Source: a virus. From it: 36,270 nucleotides of DNA. Position numbers and translations under genes: made by a program. Positions 23,586-33,531 of the stretch are shown here, piece by piece. Every line of letters begins with the position of its first letter. Within the stretch, counting starts at the first letter, position 1. The notes beneath the pieces were generated by a model that was not told the origin of the DNA, made no database searches, and saw nothing but the letters and a program-made list of their open reading frames with translations. Where the stretch lies: IMG/VR virus record IMGVR_UViG_3300045988_133018. The stretch is one strand, 5' to 3'.

Positions 23586-25994
23586 CTAATTATAATTTTC
23601 TTCTGTTTTTATATAACCAATTATATCTAGTACCATTTTCCCAATTCCTGTGTTCAAATATGGTTGCGTGGAATTTCCTGTCGATTCAGGTGAAGCAGGT
23701 TTGTCCAATGATGTGCGTAGAATAAATACATTTCTTCCAGCTAGCAAGGATTCTTTTAAATTAATTGTTTTTACTGTTGTAATATATCCTGGCATTATAC
23801 TAGGCGTATATGAAGCCTGATTATTAATTGCGTTTACTATTTCTTCTCCTGATAACGGCTCATAATGTTGTAATATTCCAGCACTAGGTGCAACATAATA
23901 AGTTGTTATCTCATTAGAATTACCTTTATACAGTTTTAACTGTTTAGGATAACCATTTCCAACAGACTCATTGTTAAAATTGAACACTTCTTCTGAGCTA
24001 ATATACATTGTAATATACGCACTTGTTACTGTAAAATTGTCTGGAATAAATGCGTCAACAATGCAATCTGCATAACCATATTGTGAATAATAATCTATTT
24101 CCTTAAAACCCACAAAAGTAAAACCGCTGTCTAGTTCTCCAGTTGATATAAATTGTAAATTAGTTAGTAGTCCATCGCCACCGATTACTCTACCACCATC
24201 CAATAATCGCAAATCTTGTGCTGTTATTGAACCATCCAAATTGAATTTAATCTTGTCTCCCACAGTAGTAGTACCTTCCAACGCTATCGTATCGCTTGCT
24301 TTAATTTTAACATTACCAGTTGATGTTGTATTTATACTAGCTATCAGTGCGTCACCATTATCCAATATTTCTGATTTACTTTGTATTAAAATTTCATCAC
24401 TTGCTACTTTTATTTCGTTTGTTACCTCTACTTGAGTAGCAAGTTGATTGGTATATTCATTTTTGTTTAGATATGTTATTGATATATTTAAATTTCTTAT
24501 TTTTAGTGTACTTTCTCCTTCAGGTATTTCTATGTCTATTTCACCTAAATCGTGTATAATAGGGTTTTCTAATACATATTTTGAGCCACTATTGTCTACA
24601 CCAATTTTTTCAATAAATGTGCATTTATTATAATTAATTTGCAATTCATCTTTTTTACCATTATAACTATATAAATGATTTATTGGGAGACTATAACTTT
24701 GTTTTAGTTCATCATTTATGTATAACTCTAAAACAGGGCTATCAACTTTAAAATTACCAACTACTAAATTTTTTTTATTTTTTGTGCCAACAACTGGATA
24801 GTCGATATTTCCTGTTAATGTTATATTGTAAGGTTTGCTCAAACTTGCATTTATTATATTTACACTGCCATAACCCGTAACTGTAGTTGAAATGTCTACT
24901 ACTTTTTTGTTTAAAAGTTCTATTTCTTTCTCAGCTTGGTCTACTTTAATTCCAACTTTATTAACTTTCTGCTCTGTAGTTTCTGGTAAAGTATAATCAA
25001 TACTTGCATTTATTATGCTAGGAGCTTCAAACGTGATTTCATCATAGTTTGTCTCATACCTAAGTATTAAGCTATTTATTAGTTCTCCTTTTTTATTTCT
25101 AAATTGTATTTTATCACCTAAACTCAAATATGGTAAAAATGAATATTCACTTTTAAAAGAACTATAAGCAAGTCCTTTTACTTGGTTAAATATTGCATTA
25201 ACCAATTGCTGGCACTTCTCAGTAGAATAAGCAAATCCATAAGAATATATTTTAAGCCAATGTTCTCCATATTGTGCTATTAAATTTTCGTCTTTCATAA
25301 CTGCACCAGCAGTCTCTAAATCTTCACTTGTTGCTACTAAAACACTTGTTATAGGCCATGTGTCTCTTTTATCATCTAATTCAACATAATCTTCTATAAT
25401 TTCATTTGTCTCATTTGTAAATATAAACTCTAACTTATCATTTGAATTTATTGTTGCAAACATTCCATTAATACCACTTGCTTGTGCTACTACATCTCCA
25501 TATTGTTCTCCATTTACAAACTGATTGCTATCAACTATAAAATAGCCATTTGGAAGTGAAGTATTTTCTAATTCCACTTCACAATTCGTACATATTTCTT
25601 GAATTACTTGAAATAAAATTGTATTTGAATAATCTAATGAAGTTACATAAGGATTAGCAAATTTAAGTCCATAATCATAAGCAGTTACGTTTACACTTTC
25701 AAAAGTATCACTATCTTTCACTTCTGTTACAATAAATGTACCTATTTTTAATGCCTCTCCATCAACTTCTTTATAATATTTAAATTCTTTCTTTTTATAA
25801 TCAATATCATTTTCAGTTTCAAACTTTAACATTTTAAGATTAAATTTGCCAAAAAAAGTAGTATCTTTATAAGCAGTATCACTTAAATCACCCTTAATAT
25901 CAACTTTTTTATTATCAATTACAATATATTCTCTATATTTAACACTATCTTTTTTACAGTTAGCTTTAAAAGTACTCGATACATTTTTAATCAT
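23586..25994 (-). CDS. Tail-associated (Tal-like) minor structural protein, 802 aa
   Basis: Position is after the tape measure and Dit-like genes. Size is typical. 4-nt overlap with the upstream gene. Confidence 0.55.
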   Translation of the reverse strand: MIKNVSSTFKANCKKDSVKYREYIVIDNKKVDIKGDLSDTAYKDTTFFGKFNLKMLKFETENDIDYKKKEFKYYKEVDGEALKIGTFIVTEVKDSDTFESVNVTAYDYGLKFANPYVTSLDYSNTILFQVIQEICTNCEVELENTSLPNGYFIVDSNQFVNGEQYGDVVAQASGINGMFATINSNDKLEFIFTNETNEIIEDYVELDDKRDTWPITSVLVATSEDLETAGAVMKDENLIAQYGEHWLKIYSYGFAYSTEKCQQLVNAIFNQVKGLAYSSFKSEYSFLPYLSLGDKIQFRNKKGELINSLILRYETNYDEITFEAPSIINASIDYTLPETTEQKVNKVGIKVDQAEKEIELLNKKVVDISTTVTGYGSVNIINASLSKPYNITLTGNIDYPVVGTKNKKNLVVGNFKVDSPVLELYINDELKQSYSLPINHLYSYNGKKDELQINYNKCTFIEKIGVDNSGSKYVLENPIIHDLGEIDIEIPEGESTLKIRNLNISITYLNKNEYTNQLATQVEVTNEIKVASDEILIQSKSEILDNGDALIASINTTSTGNVKIKASDTIALEGTTTVGDKIKFNLDGSITAQDLRLLDGGRVIGGDGLLTNLQFISTGELDSGFTFVGFKEIDYYSQYGYADCIVDAFIPDNFTVTSAYITMYISSEEVFNFNNESVGNGYPKQLKLYKGNSNEITTYYVAPSAGILQHYEPLSGEEIVNAINNQASYTPSIMPGYITTVKTINLKESLLAGRNVFILRTSLDKPASPESTGNSTQPYLNTGIGKMVLDIIGYIKTEENYN

Positions 25995-26374
25995 GATACA
26001 TCACTACTCTTTTCTAATTTAATAGATAAATCTTCAATCCCTATATCATTATCATAAGCATATTCAGTAGAAATTGGAGGCAATGTTATTATAAAATTAG
26101 CGTTCTTCATTTTATTATCTCTATAACTCCAATATTGATATTCTCCATCATTTAAATATGGTTTATACTTTTGATAAGTTACATTATCCCATAAACCAAT
26201 ATTTATATTAATTTCACAATCGACATAAGATGTAACAATCTTTTTTCGTTTGCCATTTGCCATTTGCTTTTTAGCAATTTCATTCTCTTGTTCATCAATT
26301 TCATAACCTTTTCGCAAAATTTTATCAAAATCAAAATATGTCCCATCAGTTTTCTTTTTTCTTAATAAAGTCAT
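25991..26374 (-). CDS. Putative distal tail protein (short, 127 aa)
   Basis: Position only: directly after the tape measure gene. Confidence 0.35.
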   Translation of the reverse strand: MTLLRKKKTDGTYFDFDKILRKGYEIDEQENEIAKKQMANGKRKKIVTSYVDCEININIGLWDNVTYQKYKPYLNDGEYQYWSYRDNKMKNANFIITLPPISTEYAYDNDIGIEDLSIKLEKSSDVS

Positions 26375-26376
26375 AA

Positions 26377-27960
26377 CTAACCTCCAAATCCTGTTTGCAA
26401 ATTCTTTTGTCTTGCAATTCTTTGTTGCGCTTCAAACAATGTTCCCTCTTCAACTTCTGCTTTAACTACAAAATTTCCATCAAAAGTTGCATTGCTTGAT
26501 AATATTTGGCTAACGCTTCCAGCAGTACCACTAAATGCCATTTTACCAGTTTCCATATTGACTGCTTGTTTCATTCTATCATAAATTTCATCATTCATTT
26601 TATCAATGCTATCTAATGCTTTACCAGTATCTGTTTCAATACCTACTGCTATACCTTGTGGCAAATATTTACCAACTTGGTCACGCATAAGCGTTGATGG
26701 GCTATGTATTCCAAAGAATGATTTTATTCCATTTAGCATTGAAGAGCAAACATTTTTAATAGCCTTTTTAACAAAACTTCCCATTGAAGAGAAACCATTT
26801 ATAATACCTTGAATTATATTTTTTCCAATTCCAGACCATCCGCCGCTTTTAAAGGTATTTATTATTTGGCCTATTATTTTAGGAATATTTTTTAGCAAAT
26901 TTGGTATTGCTTGCCCTAATCCTTTTATTAATCCTGTTATTATGCTTTTACCTATTGATAAAAATTTACTTAATGTAAAGAAATTTATAATTGCCATTAT
27001 TATTGTTGGTAAATTTTTTAATATATCAGGAATTGATTTTATTAATCCTTCAATTAAACCTAAAATAATTTTAATTCCAAGCATTAAAAATTTATCAAAA
27101 TTTTCATTGAATATTTCCATTATTTTAATGATAACTTTCACTATTTGTGGCACTAAGTCAGGCAATGCTTCAGCTATTCCTTCCATTAGTGCAAATAATA
27201 TTTGAACTCCAGCCTCTAAAATTGTTGGTAAATTATCAATTATTAATTGAACAATACTCATTATTACTTGTATTATTACTGGTATTATTTGTGGCAAATA
27301 TTGTATTATACCATTTAATAATGATTGTAATATTTGTGTTCCAGTTGTTATCAAAGTAGGTAATGCACTAACTATTGCTTGCATTAAACCATTTATAATA
27401 TTTTGACCTGCTTCTATTATTTCTGGTAAATGTTCTAGCAATATTTCTCCTAATTTTGGTATTAGTTCTCCGATACCTTCAATAGCAATTAAAATTCTAG
27501 GTAATAAATTTTCAAACATTGTTTCTACACTGTCTACAAACTCGCCCATTACACCTTCAAAATCAACGTGGTCTCTTGCTATTGCTGTAACTAAATTATC
27601 CCATGATGCTTTTGCCATATTAGTTGAACCTTCGATTGTTGTTGAAGCCTCTTTAGCAGAAGTGCCTAATAAGACTTGTGCATCTTTAAAGCTTAATGTC
27701 CCATTTTTCATTTTTTCCATTGCTTCTTCGTATGAAATCCCCATATTTTCAGCAATTTTTGAAAGGTCTTCTTGAGTTAAAGACATATTTTTTAATTTTT
27801 CTTTTAATTCATCAGCAGAATATCCAGAAATGTCCATGTTTTTTTGAATTACATGAATTGCTTCAGCAATGTCTGCAAAATTACTTACATCATATTCTAT
27901 GCCGCTTAATTTTGTTGCGTCTTCAAGAAGCCTTTCCATTTCTTTTTTTGTACCACCGTA
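26377..27960 (-). CDS. Tail tape measure protein, exon 2 (527 aa)
   Basis: The reading frame is open from TAC at 27960 (YGGTKKEMERLL...). The MNTR residues of the track ORF come from a TTG inside intron sequence. A long hydrophobic-repeat central region is typical of tape measure proteins. Confidence 0.75.
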   Translation of the reverse strand, partial: YGGTKKEMERLLEDATKLSGIEYDVSNFADIAEAIHVIQKNMDISGYSADELKEKLKNMSLTQEDLSKIAENMGISYEEAMEKMKNGTLSFKDAQVLLGTSAKEASTTIEGSTNMAKASWDNLVTAIARDHVDFEGVMGEFVDSVETMFENLLPRILIAIEGIGELIPKLGEILLEHLPEIIEAGQNIINGLMQAIVSALPTLITTGTQILQSLLNGIIQYLPQIIPVIIQVIMSIVQLIIDNLPTILEAGVQILFALMEGIAEALPDLVPQIVKVIIKIMEIFNENFDKFLMLGIKIILGLIEGLIKSIPDILKNLPTIIMAIINFFTLSKFLSIGKSIITGLIKGLGQAIPNLLKNIPKIIGQIINTFKSGGWSGIGKNIIQGIINGFSSMGSFVKKAIKNVCSSMLNGIKSFFGIHSPSTLMRDQVGKYLPQGIAVGIETDTGKALDSIDKMNDEIYDRMKQAVNMETGKMAFSGTAGSVSQILSSNATFDGNFVVKAEVEEGTLFEAQQRIARQKNLQTGFGG

Positions 27961-28755
27961 CCTTGTATTCAACAGAGTTCGTTAGGCTCTGCCCGTTCTC
28001 TTATGAACTGCTATATATTTCTATATAGAGTAGACTATCTCTTCATCTCTTTTGAGAGCCTCGCACTTCCACTCACTTGAGTGTACTTCCTTTCGGAATA
28101 GTCGTTACACTTTTTTAGATTATTTCATATAAATAAATTTATAATTTCTCGTTTTTCCTCTTTTTCCAAATGTTCCTTTTTTTTAACATTTGTGAAATGT
28201 TAGAAATATTACAATTAAAATATTTTGCAACATCTTTTATTCTATTAAATATTAATTCTTCACCATTTATATTTATTACTTTTATTTTCTCACTTCTTAC
28301 ACCAAAAGTATTAAATCTTGAATTTTGTTCCGAATAAGTAGCCCATCTTAAATTAGAAATATCATTATTTAATCTGTTCCCATCTATATGGTCTATTGTG
28401 GGTTTACCTTCCAAATTAGGTATAAAATTACTTGCTATTAATCTATGCAATGTATATTTCTTTGATTTATTATTTTTCCATAAATCTATTTGATAATAGC
28501 CACTATCTTTATTAATTGATGGGCTTAATATTTTTTTAGTAATATTATTTTTTATTTCTCCTTTTTTATTAATAGAATAATTTTCATTTTCTTTTAATAT
28601 TTTCCATTCCATTTTACCGCCTCGTTATATCTAATTTAATTTTATCATAAATATAACAAAGTGTCAATAATCTAAACTTAGCACGGTATTGTCTTCAACT
28701 TTGTTTGTTAAGAGTTCCACCGTTTTCACGAGGTTTTAATTGAGCTATTTTGTTA
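27961..28755 (-). mobile_element. Group I intron (about 795 nt) interrupting the tape measure gene and carrying an HNH homing endonuclease ORF
   Basis: P1 pairs exon AAUUGGGU with intron GCUCAAUU, giving U.G at the 5' splice site. The intron ends in G at 27961. GNRA hairpins TTCC-GAAA-GGAA and CTATATA-GAAA-TATATAG. Long-range pairings AGGCTCT/AGAGCCT and CCTCGT/ACGAGG. Exon ligation is in frame. Confidence 0.75.
28139..28612 (-). CDS. Intron-encoded HNH homing endonuclease
   Basis: DHIDGNRLNNDISNLRWATYSEQN core. Flanked by 140-180 nt of structured, ORF-free sequence inside the split tape measure gene. Confidence 0.8.
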   Translation of the reverse strand: MEWKILKENENYSINKKGEIKNNITKKILSPSINKDSGYYQIDLWKNNKSKKYTLHRLIASNFIPNLEGKPTIDHIDGNRLNNDISNLRWATYSEQNSRFNTFGVRSEKIKVININGEELIFNRIKDVAKYFNCNISNISQMLKKRNIWKKRKNEKL

Positions 28756-29250
28756 ACCCAATTTAAGGTTATCTAACATAGTATAATTTTGTTTTGCAAA
28801 TCCTTGATAAGCATTTTGTATCATCTCCATTGATGTACCCATTTTATTAGCATTATCTGCCATATCAATTATTGTTCTATTTGCAATATCTGCTGCTTTA
28901 TCAGTATCTCCACCTAATGATTGCAACAAACTTGCACTAAATGAAGTAACTGTATTCATATATTCATTTGCACCAATTTGTGCAGTTTTATAAGCTTTGG
29001 CAGCATAACCTTGTAATTTTTGTGAACTTTCTTTAAATAAAGTGTCAACTCCACCTACAAGTTGCTCATATTCAGCATAATTACTTACAGAACTTTTTAA
29101 CAACGCTCCAAGCCCAGTACCAATTGCTGCTATTGAAGCACCTACTCCAACCGCTACGCCTTTAGCAATTCCACCTATTTTATTTAAACCACTTTGGAAT
29201 CCTTTTGTATCTAATTTGGTATCGTATGTTAACGAACCCGCTATTGCCAT
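28756..29250 (-). CDS. Tail tape measure protein, exon 1 (165 aa)
   Basis: Ends ...YTMLDNLKLG, followed immediately by a TAA that belongs to the intron. Joining to exon 2 gives LKLG-YGGTKKEMERLL. Confidence 0.75.
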
Positions 29251-29277
29251 TTTTTAACCTCTCTTTCTATTGAGAGA

Positions 29278-29841
29278 TTACTTTAAAGCCTCGTATATTT
29301 CATTTCTTCTTATTTGGTCTTGTATTTCTTTTTTGTTTGGTGGTAATTTATAATGTTCTTTTAAATCTAATATGTCTTTATCTTTGCCATCATAAGCCCT
29401 ATATCCTTTTATTTTACTAAATTCAAAATTATCAGGTATAGTAAGCCATATTGCTCTAAATTCCCACCAATGGATATAATCTTTTGTTAAATCATATCCT
29501 AGTTGTTCATAAGTCCCCCAAATGTACAAATCATCATAAGAATACCTAAAACTTTCTTTTTTTGCTTTTCCTTTTCCATTTTTAGATACCTCATCAGTTT
29601 TGCCACATTTATAAAACCAAATAAACTTATCTACTGCCTCATTGATAAGGCCTTTTTGTATGATTAAATAAAAAGCAGGGTAGAAACTTTGTAAAGCGTT
29701 ATTAACTACCTTCTTCGTATCTATTCCCTGCGTCATTTCTTCTTCAAAGTTTATAAATATACGAAAGTCTGTATTAATAATAAATCTCTCATTTTTTATT
29801 TTAATTGAACGAGGTAATTTACTATACATTCCTTTTAACAT
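29278..29841 (-). CDS. Gp15-like protein (Listeria phage A118 gp15 family)
   Basis: Lies directly upstream of the tape measure gene. The N-terminal IINTDFRIFINFEE pattern resembles the Gp15 family. Confidence 0.5.
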   Translation of the reverse strand: MLKGMYSKLPRSIKIKNERFIINTDFRIFINFEEEMTQGIDTKKVVNNALQSFYPAFYLIIQKGLINEAVDKFIWFYKCGKTDEVSKNGKGKAKKESFRYSYDDLYIWGTYEQLGYDLTKDYIHWWEFRAIWLTIPDNFEFSKIKGYRAYDGKDKDILDLKEHYKLPPNKKEIQDQIRRNEIYEALK

Positions 29842-29843
29842 TT

Positions 29844-30254
29844 CTAATATCTCCTATATTTATTTCCTCTATAATTATTTCTATTATTATTTCTTCTTTG
29901 TTCTCTGTTTTGTGGTCTTGCAAACATTCCATTTGCTTTATTTGTTAAATTATTCATCTCATTTGCATATTCATTGAATATAAACTCATAAACTCTTATA
30001 AATGCTTGTAAGCCAAACTCTTTCCCTTTTTGCTCTTCGTAACTTTTTGATATTTTATTATATGCTTCTTTATCATTTAAAATTAAATTCATTAATTCTT
30101 TTAATTGTTCAAATACATTATTTTCTCTTATTTTATTAACATCTATACTTCTTAACTTATTTATATAATTCTCACTAAACTCTAATTCAAATTCATTTCC
30201 AAATATCTCTATACTATTTTCTATATCATTAATATTTAATACTCTATTATTCAT
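29844..30254 (-). CDS. Putative tail assembly chaperone
   Basis: Lies between the major tail and Gp15-like genes. Basic R/N-rich C-terminal tail. Confidence 0.45.
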   Translation of the reverse strand: MNNRVLNINDIENSIEIFGNEFELEFSENYINKLRSIDVNKIRENNVFEQLKELMNLILNDKEAYNKISKSYEEQKGKEFGLQAFIRVYEFIFNEYANEMNNLTNKANGMFARPQNREQRRNNNRNNYRGNKYRRY

Positions 30255-30277
30255 AAATTATCCTCGTTTTCTTTTAT

Positions 30278-30757
30278 TTAAGCATTAGGTGTAAATGTTT
30301 TTGTACTTGTATCGAAAGTACCATACACAAAGTCCCCACCTTTTAAAGAACCTGTGATTTGTTTTTGCTCTCCAGCAGCGCCATTACACTCTGTAATTGA
30401 TACTGTCTGAGTTATTTTTCTTGCCTTATAAGTGTTTCCTGTTGTTTCTTTTTCCCACAAATTTACTATATAATGGTCAATGTTTAAATCATTCCCAGTT
30501 TTTCTTTGATAAAATTTTTCATAAAAGTTTTCAAAAACTTTATCTCCTTTAACCATATCCATTGTTATTGGGAATTCATTTGAATAACCAGTTGTTTTAG
30601 TTATCTTTGATTTTTGATGAATATATTGCTTTTCTTGTTCAGTAGGATTACTACTTTCAGTCATTTCAGTAATAACACCGCCTAGTTCAATATCAGGTGC
30701 TTCACTTGTACCAACATCAAAATAATGGGCTTCATCATAAACCATAATATCTTGCAT
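30278..30757 (-). CDS. Major tail protein
   Basis: 159 aa. Follows the tail-completion genes and precedes the chaperones. Confidence 0.6.
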   Translation of the reverse strand: MQDIMVYDEAHYFDVGTSEAPDIELGGVITEMTESSNPTEQEKQYIHQKSKITKTTGYSNEFPITMDMVKGDKVFENFYEKFYQRKTGNDLNIDHYIVNLWEKETTGNTYKARKITQTVSITECNGAAGEQKQITGSLKGGDFVYGTFDTSTKTFTPNA

Positions 30758-30759
30758 AA

Positions 30760-31203
30760 TTAATTCTCCTTTCTGATATCAACATATAATTGTAAATAAT
30801 ATACGCTAATCGAACCATCTTCACTTTGTTCATAATTCAAAGCATTGGCGCAACTAACTTTTATCACTTTTTTATTATCTTCTAAAATAGGAAATTCCCT
30901 TTTAGAATTTTTTTCAGCCAGCCAATCACTTAAGCCATCAAGCCAATCATAATTAGTTAGCCTTTGTTCATCTATTTCACTCTCACTTTTTAATAAAAGC
31001 ATATATTGGTATTGCCTATGCCACCCTTTGTCAGTGATATATTTCATACCTAAATTTTCAAAGCCTGTTCTTTGTAATGCTAAATTTTTAACTGTTTCAC
31101 TAACACCCTCAATATGTATATCTTCAGTTTGAGCAATTTCATTAATTGGCTCATATTCTTTTAACCATTGGTTTATTATATAATCTTGACTTTGTTTTAT
31201 CAT
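30760..31203 (-). CDS. Tail completion / tail terminator-like protein
   Basis: Gene-order inference within an A118-like module. 4-nt overlap with the upstream gene. Confidence 0.45.
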   Translation of the reverse strand: MIKQSQDYIINQWLKEYEPINEIAQTEDIHIEGVSETVKNLALQRTGFENLGMKYITDKGWHRQYQYMLLLKSESEIDEQRLTNYDWLDGLSDWLAEKNSKREFPILEDNKKVIKVSCANALNYEQSEDGSISVYYLQLYVDIRKEN

Positions 31204-31604
31204 TTATTTAACCTCCTAGAATATGCTTCAACTTGTTTTAAAATTGTATCTTTCTTATCGGCTTTCATTCTTTCAAATGGATATGTTCCTCTTTTACCAA
31301 CACGTTTTTTTATACGCTTAGAATATGCTTGATATTTTGCATAAGGTACGTTTATGTGTACTTTTCCACTGCCTGGGTCGCTTGTAAGTCTTATCGACTT
31401 TGCTTGTGTACCAGTTTTATAAGAAACGTATTCTTGTAAGAACATTATTACTTTATTGTCTAAAAATACTTGTTCTTTGTTAAGATTATTATTAAACTTA
31501 TTAACATAATTTTTATTATATTCTATATAAGCCTTGCCTTTTCCACCATCAGTAACATATATTTTCCCTTGTGGAAATTCAACTTTTAAAACATCATTTG
31601 CCAT
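31200..31604 (-). CDS. Head-tail joining protein (HK97 gp10-like position)
   Basis: Gene-order inference. Confidence 0.45.
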   Translation of the reverse strand: MANDVLKVEFPQGKIYVTDGGKGKAYIEYNKNYVNKFNNNLNKEQVFLDNKVIMFLQEYVSYKTGTQAKSIRLTSDPGSGKVHINVPYAKYQAYSKRIKKRVGKRGTYPFERMKADKKDTILKQVEAYSRRLNK

Positions 31605-31969
31605 TATCTAGCACCTATTTTAATATGATTTAATTCTAGTAAGTCATCGTCTTTAAAATCAAATATATCTATTGAACTAACCTCATATACATAATCTTTG
31701 CCATACTTTTCTCTTAACTCAGTAAGTGGGGCTTTTGTAATATCATCTAAAACCTTTTTAAACACTATTATATCGCCTTTTTGACATTTCCAAGTATTAT
31801 TATACCCTTTTGCGTCAAACACCCTTATAAGAGCACTGTCTGTGGTTTGCACGCCTGTTTTATTTCTATTCAAATAAGATGTGTTTCTAACACTTGCAAT
31901 TTTAGGATATCTAACATATTGAGTACCCTCTTTATGATAAATTGTTATATCTTGTAATAAATCATCCAT
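31604..31969 (-). CDS. Head closure / head-tail adaptor protein
   Basis: Gene-order inference. Confidence 0.45.
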   Translation of the reverse strand: MDDLLQDITIYHKEGTQYVRYPKIASVRNTSYLNRNKTGVQTTDSALIRVFDAKGYNNTWKCQKGDIIVFKKVLDDITKAPLTELREKYGKDYVYEVSSIDIFDFKDDDLLELNHIKIGAR

Positions 31970-32343
31970 TATAGATACCTTATCAAGCTTAAAGGAAGTT
32001 CTCCTAATATACTTTTTTTATCTTTGTTTATTTGGTTTTCACTCTTTATATTAGAACCTTTGCTAATACTAACACCATCTATTGAAATACTATCCGCACC
32101 GAAACTATATTTGCCACTATTTCCACCACTATTTTTAAGAAAATCACAAAGTTCACAAGCAACATATTTTAGTTGCCATTGTTCTCTTTCAGTCAATCTT
32201 TTAATGTTAGTTTCAGTTAAATCTTTATTTACATTTTTATCAATTTCTCGGCTCGCTTTTATTATCAAAGAATTAAAGAGGTCAATAGACAAACTGCCCT
32301 TATATTCATTTGCGTAAAAATCATAATCGGCGTAATTTATCAT
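31969..32343 (-). CDS. Head-tail connector (gp6-like) protein
   Basis: Gene-order inference. It is the first sizeable gene after the capsid gene. Confidence 0.45.
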   Translation of the reverse strand: MINYADYDFYANEYKGSLSIDLFNSLIIKASREIDKNVNKDLTETNIKRLTEREQWQLKYVACELCDFLKNSGGNSGKYSFGADSISIDGVSISKGSNIKSENQINKDKKSILGELPLSLIRYL

Positions 32344-32363
32344 ATTAAACCTCTCCTTTTATT

Positions 32364-32507
32364 TTATTTTTCTTTAGTTTCAGTTTTTTTTGGTTTTTCT
32401 TCTTCAACTAATTCAAATTTGTCAGGATAGCCAAGTAATTTTTCAATTCTTTCTTTATCCTTGATTTCAATTATTTTATTATTGCTTAAATCTTTTATCT
32501 TAGCCAT
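32364..32507 (-). CDS. Small K/E-rich protein (47 aa)
   Basis: AGGAGGTT RBS followed by an ATG at 32507. Translation MAKIKDLSNNKIIEIKDKERIEKLLGYPDKFELVEEEKPKKTETKEK. Fills the gap after the capsid gene. Confidence 0.45.
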   Translation of the reverse strand: MAKIKDLSNNKIIEIKDKERIEKLLGYPDKFELVEEEKPKKTETKEK

Positions 32508-32519
32508 AATAACCTCCTA

Positions 32520-33515
32520 TTATGCAGCAGTTTTAGGACTAATCTTAATTCCTCTTAGGACTCCTGCTTTATTAGTGTTCTTTAATGCAACACCAGCAAT
32601 AAGTTCTACTTCTCCATCTTTTACTGCTCCTGGTTTAGTTAAATCAGGCATATATGAATTGATTACTTTTGAACCAGTCGGACTTACTCCATGGAAACCA
32701 TCTAATCCAATTGTTACTGCATAAATATCTGTTTTTCCTTCTGCAGTTGTAGTTGCTGCAGTTTCAGGTATAATATCAACAGTATTAGTACCATTGTAAT
32801 ATTTACCCATATCATACATAGGAATATCATTGTAAGTTTCAACCATTCTACCGAAATCATCTCTACTTCTGCCATAATATCCTGCACGTCTTGCAGCACT
32901 TCTCATTTTTGCAAGCATTTTATTATTCATTAATAACATACTAGGTTTTCCATCTAATGCAGATAAGAAACCATCTACTTCATCAAGTAATGCATTATAA
33001 TTAGAACCCATTAATGCGTCTGTTGATACATCAACTGCAGATGTAATTTCAGTTTCAGTACCAGTTAATAATTTATCTAGTCCATCAAATGTATTTAATA
33101 CACCTGTTCCAGTGCTTGCTTTATTACCGTTAATAACTAAATTATTAAAGTAATTTGAAGTTGCTTTTACTTTTTGCTCAGTTTGGAATGCTAATTCATC
33201 AACTGCTCCAGATGTACCAATAAGTACACGGTCAATTTGAAATTTACCGCCCATCACAACTGCCTTTGTAGTTTTTTCTTCTCTTTTTGCTTCTCCTGCA
33301 GTATATTCGCTATTTATTTGTCTTACTGCTGCAGTAGAAGGCGTTTTTAATTGGATATAACCATAAGTTAATGTAGAACCACCAGTTCCTGGAGAAATTG
33401 CATTATCAAATACCATTTTGTCTAATAATAATGAACTTCTACGGAAAGTATCAACTACTTTTTGGTCTACCTTATCAGCCATACCAACTTTTGCTTCTGC
33501 TAATGTTATAGCCAT
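32520..33515 (-). CDS. Major capsid protein
   Basis: 331 aa. AAGGAG RBS. Lies directly after the scaffold gene. N-terminus is MAITLAEAKVGMADKVDQKVVDTF.... Confidence 0.8.
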   Translation of the reverse strand: MAITLAEAKVGMADKVDQKVVDTFRRSSLLLDKMVFDNAISPGTGGSTLTYGYIQLKTPSTAAVRQINSEYTAGEAKREEKTTKAVVMGGKFQIDRVLIGTSGAVDELAFQTEQKVKATSNYFNNLVINGNKASTGTGVLNTFDGLDKLLTGTETEITSAVDVSTDALMGSNYNALLDEVDGFLSALDGKPSMLLMNNKMLAKMRSAARRAGYYGRSRDDFGRMVETYNDIPMYDMGKYYNGTNTVDIIPETAATTTAEGKTDIYAVTIGLDGFHGVSPTGSKVINSYMPDLTKPGAVKDGEVELIAGVALKNTNKAGVLRGIKISPKTAA

Positions 33516-33531
33516 TTTTTATCGCTCCTTT

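Noticed and set aside
27961-27972. TTG start (MNTR...) for the 531-aa tape measure ORF as an independent gene
   Set aside because: There is no RBS. These residues are read from the intron's 3' end. The in-frame junction with the upstream 165-aa ORF restores one continuous tape measure protein.
29835-29850. Programmed -1 frameshift joining the chaperone ORF (29844..30254) to the Gp15-like ORF
   Set aside because: No slippery heptamer is visible near the stop (…AGATATTAGAAATG…). The downstream ORF has its own ATG, and A118-like phages encode these as separate genes.
32714-32899. Minus-strand 61-aa ORF inside the major capsid gene in another frame
   Set aside because: It is fully embedded in the 331-aa capsid ORF and has no independent signals. 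It is an overlapping-frame artefact.
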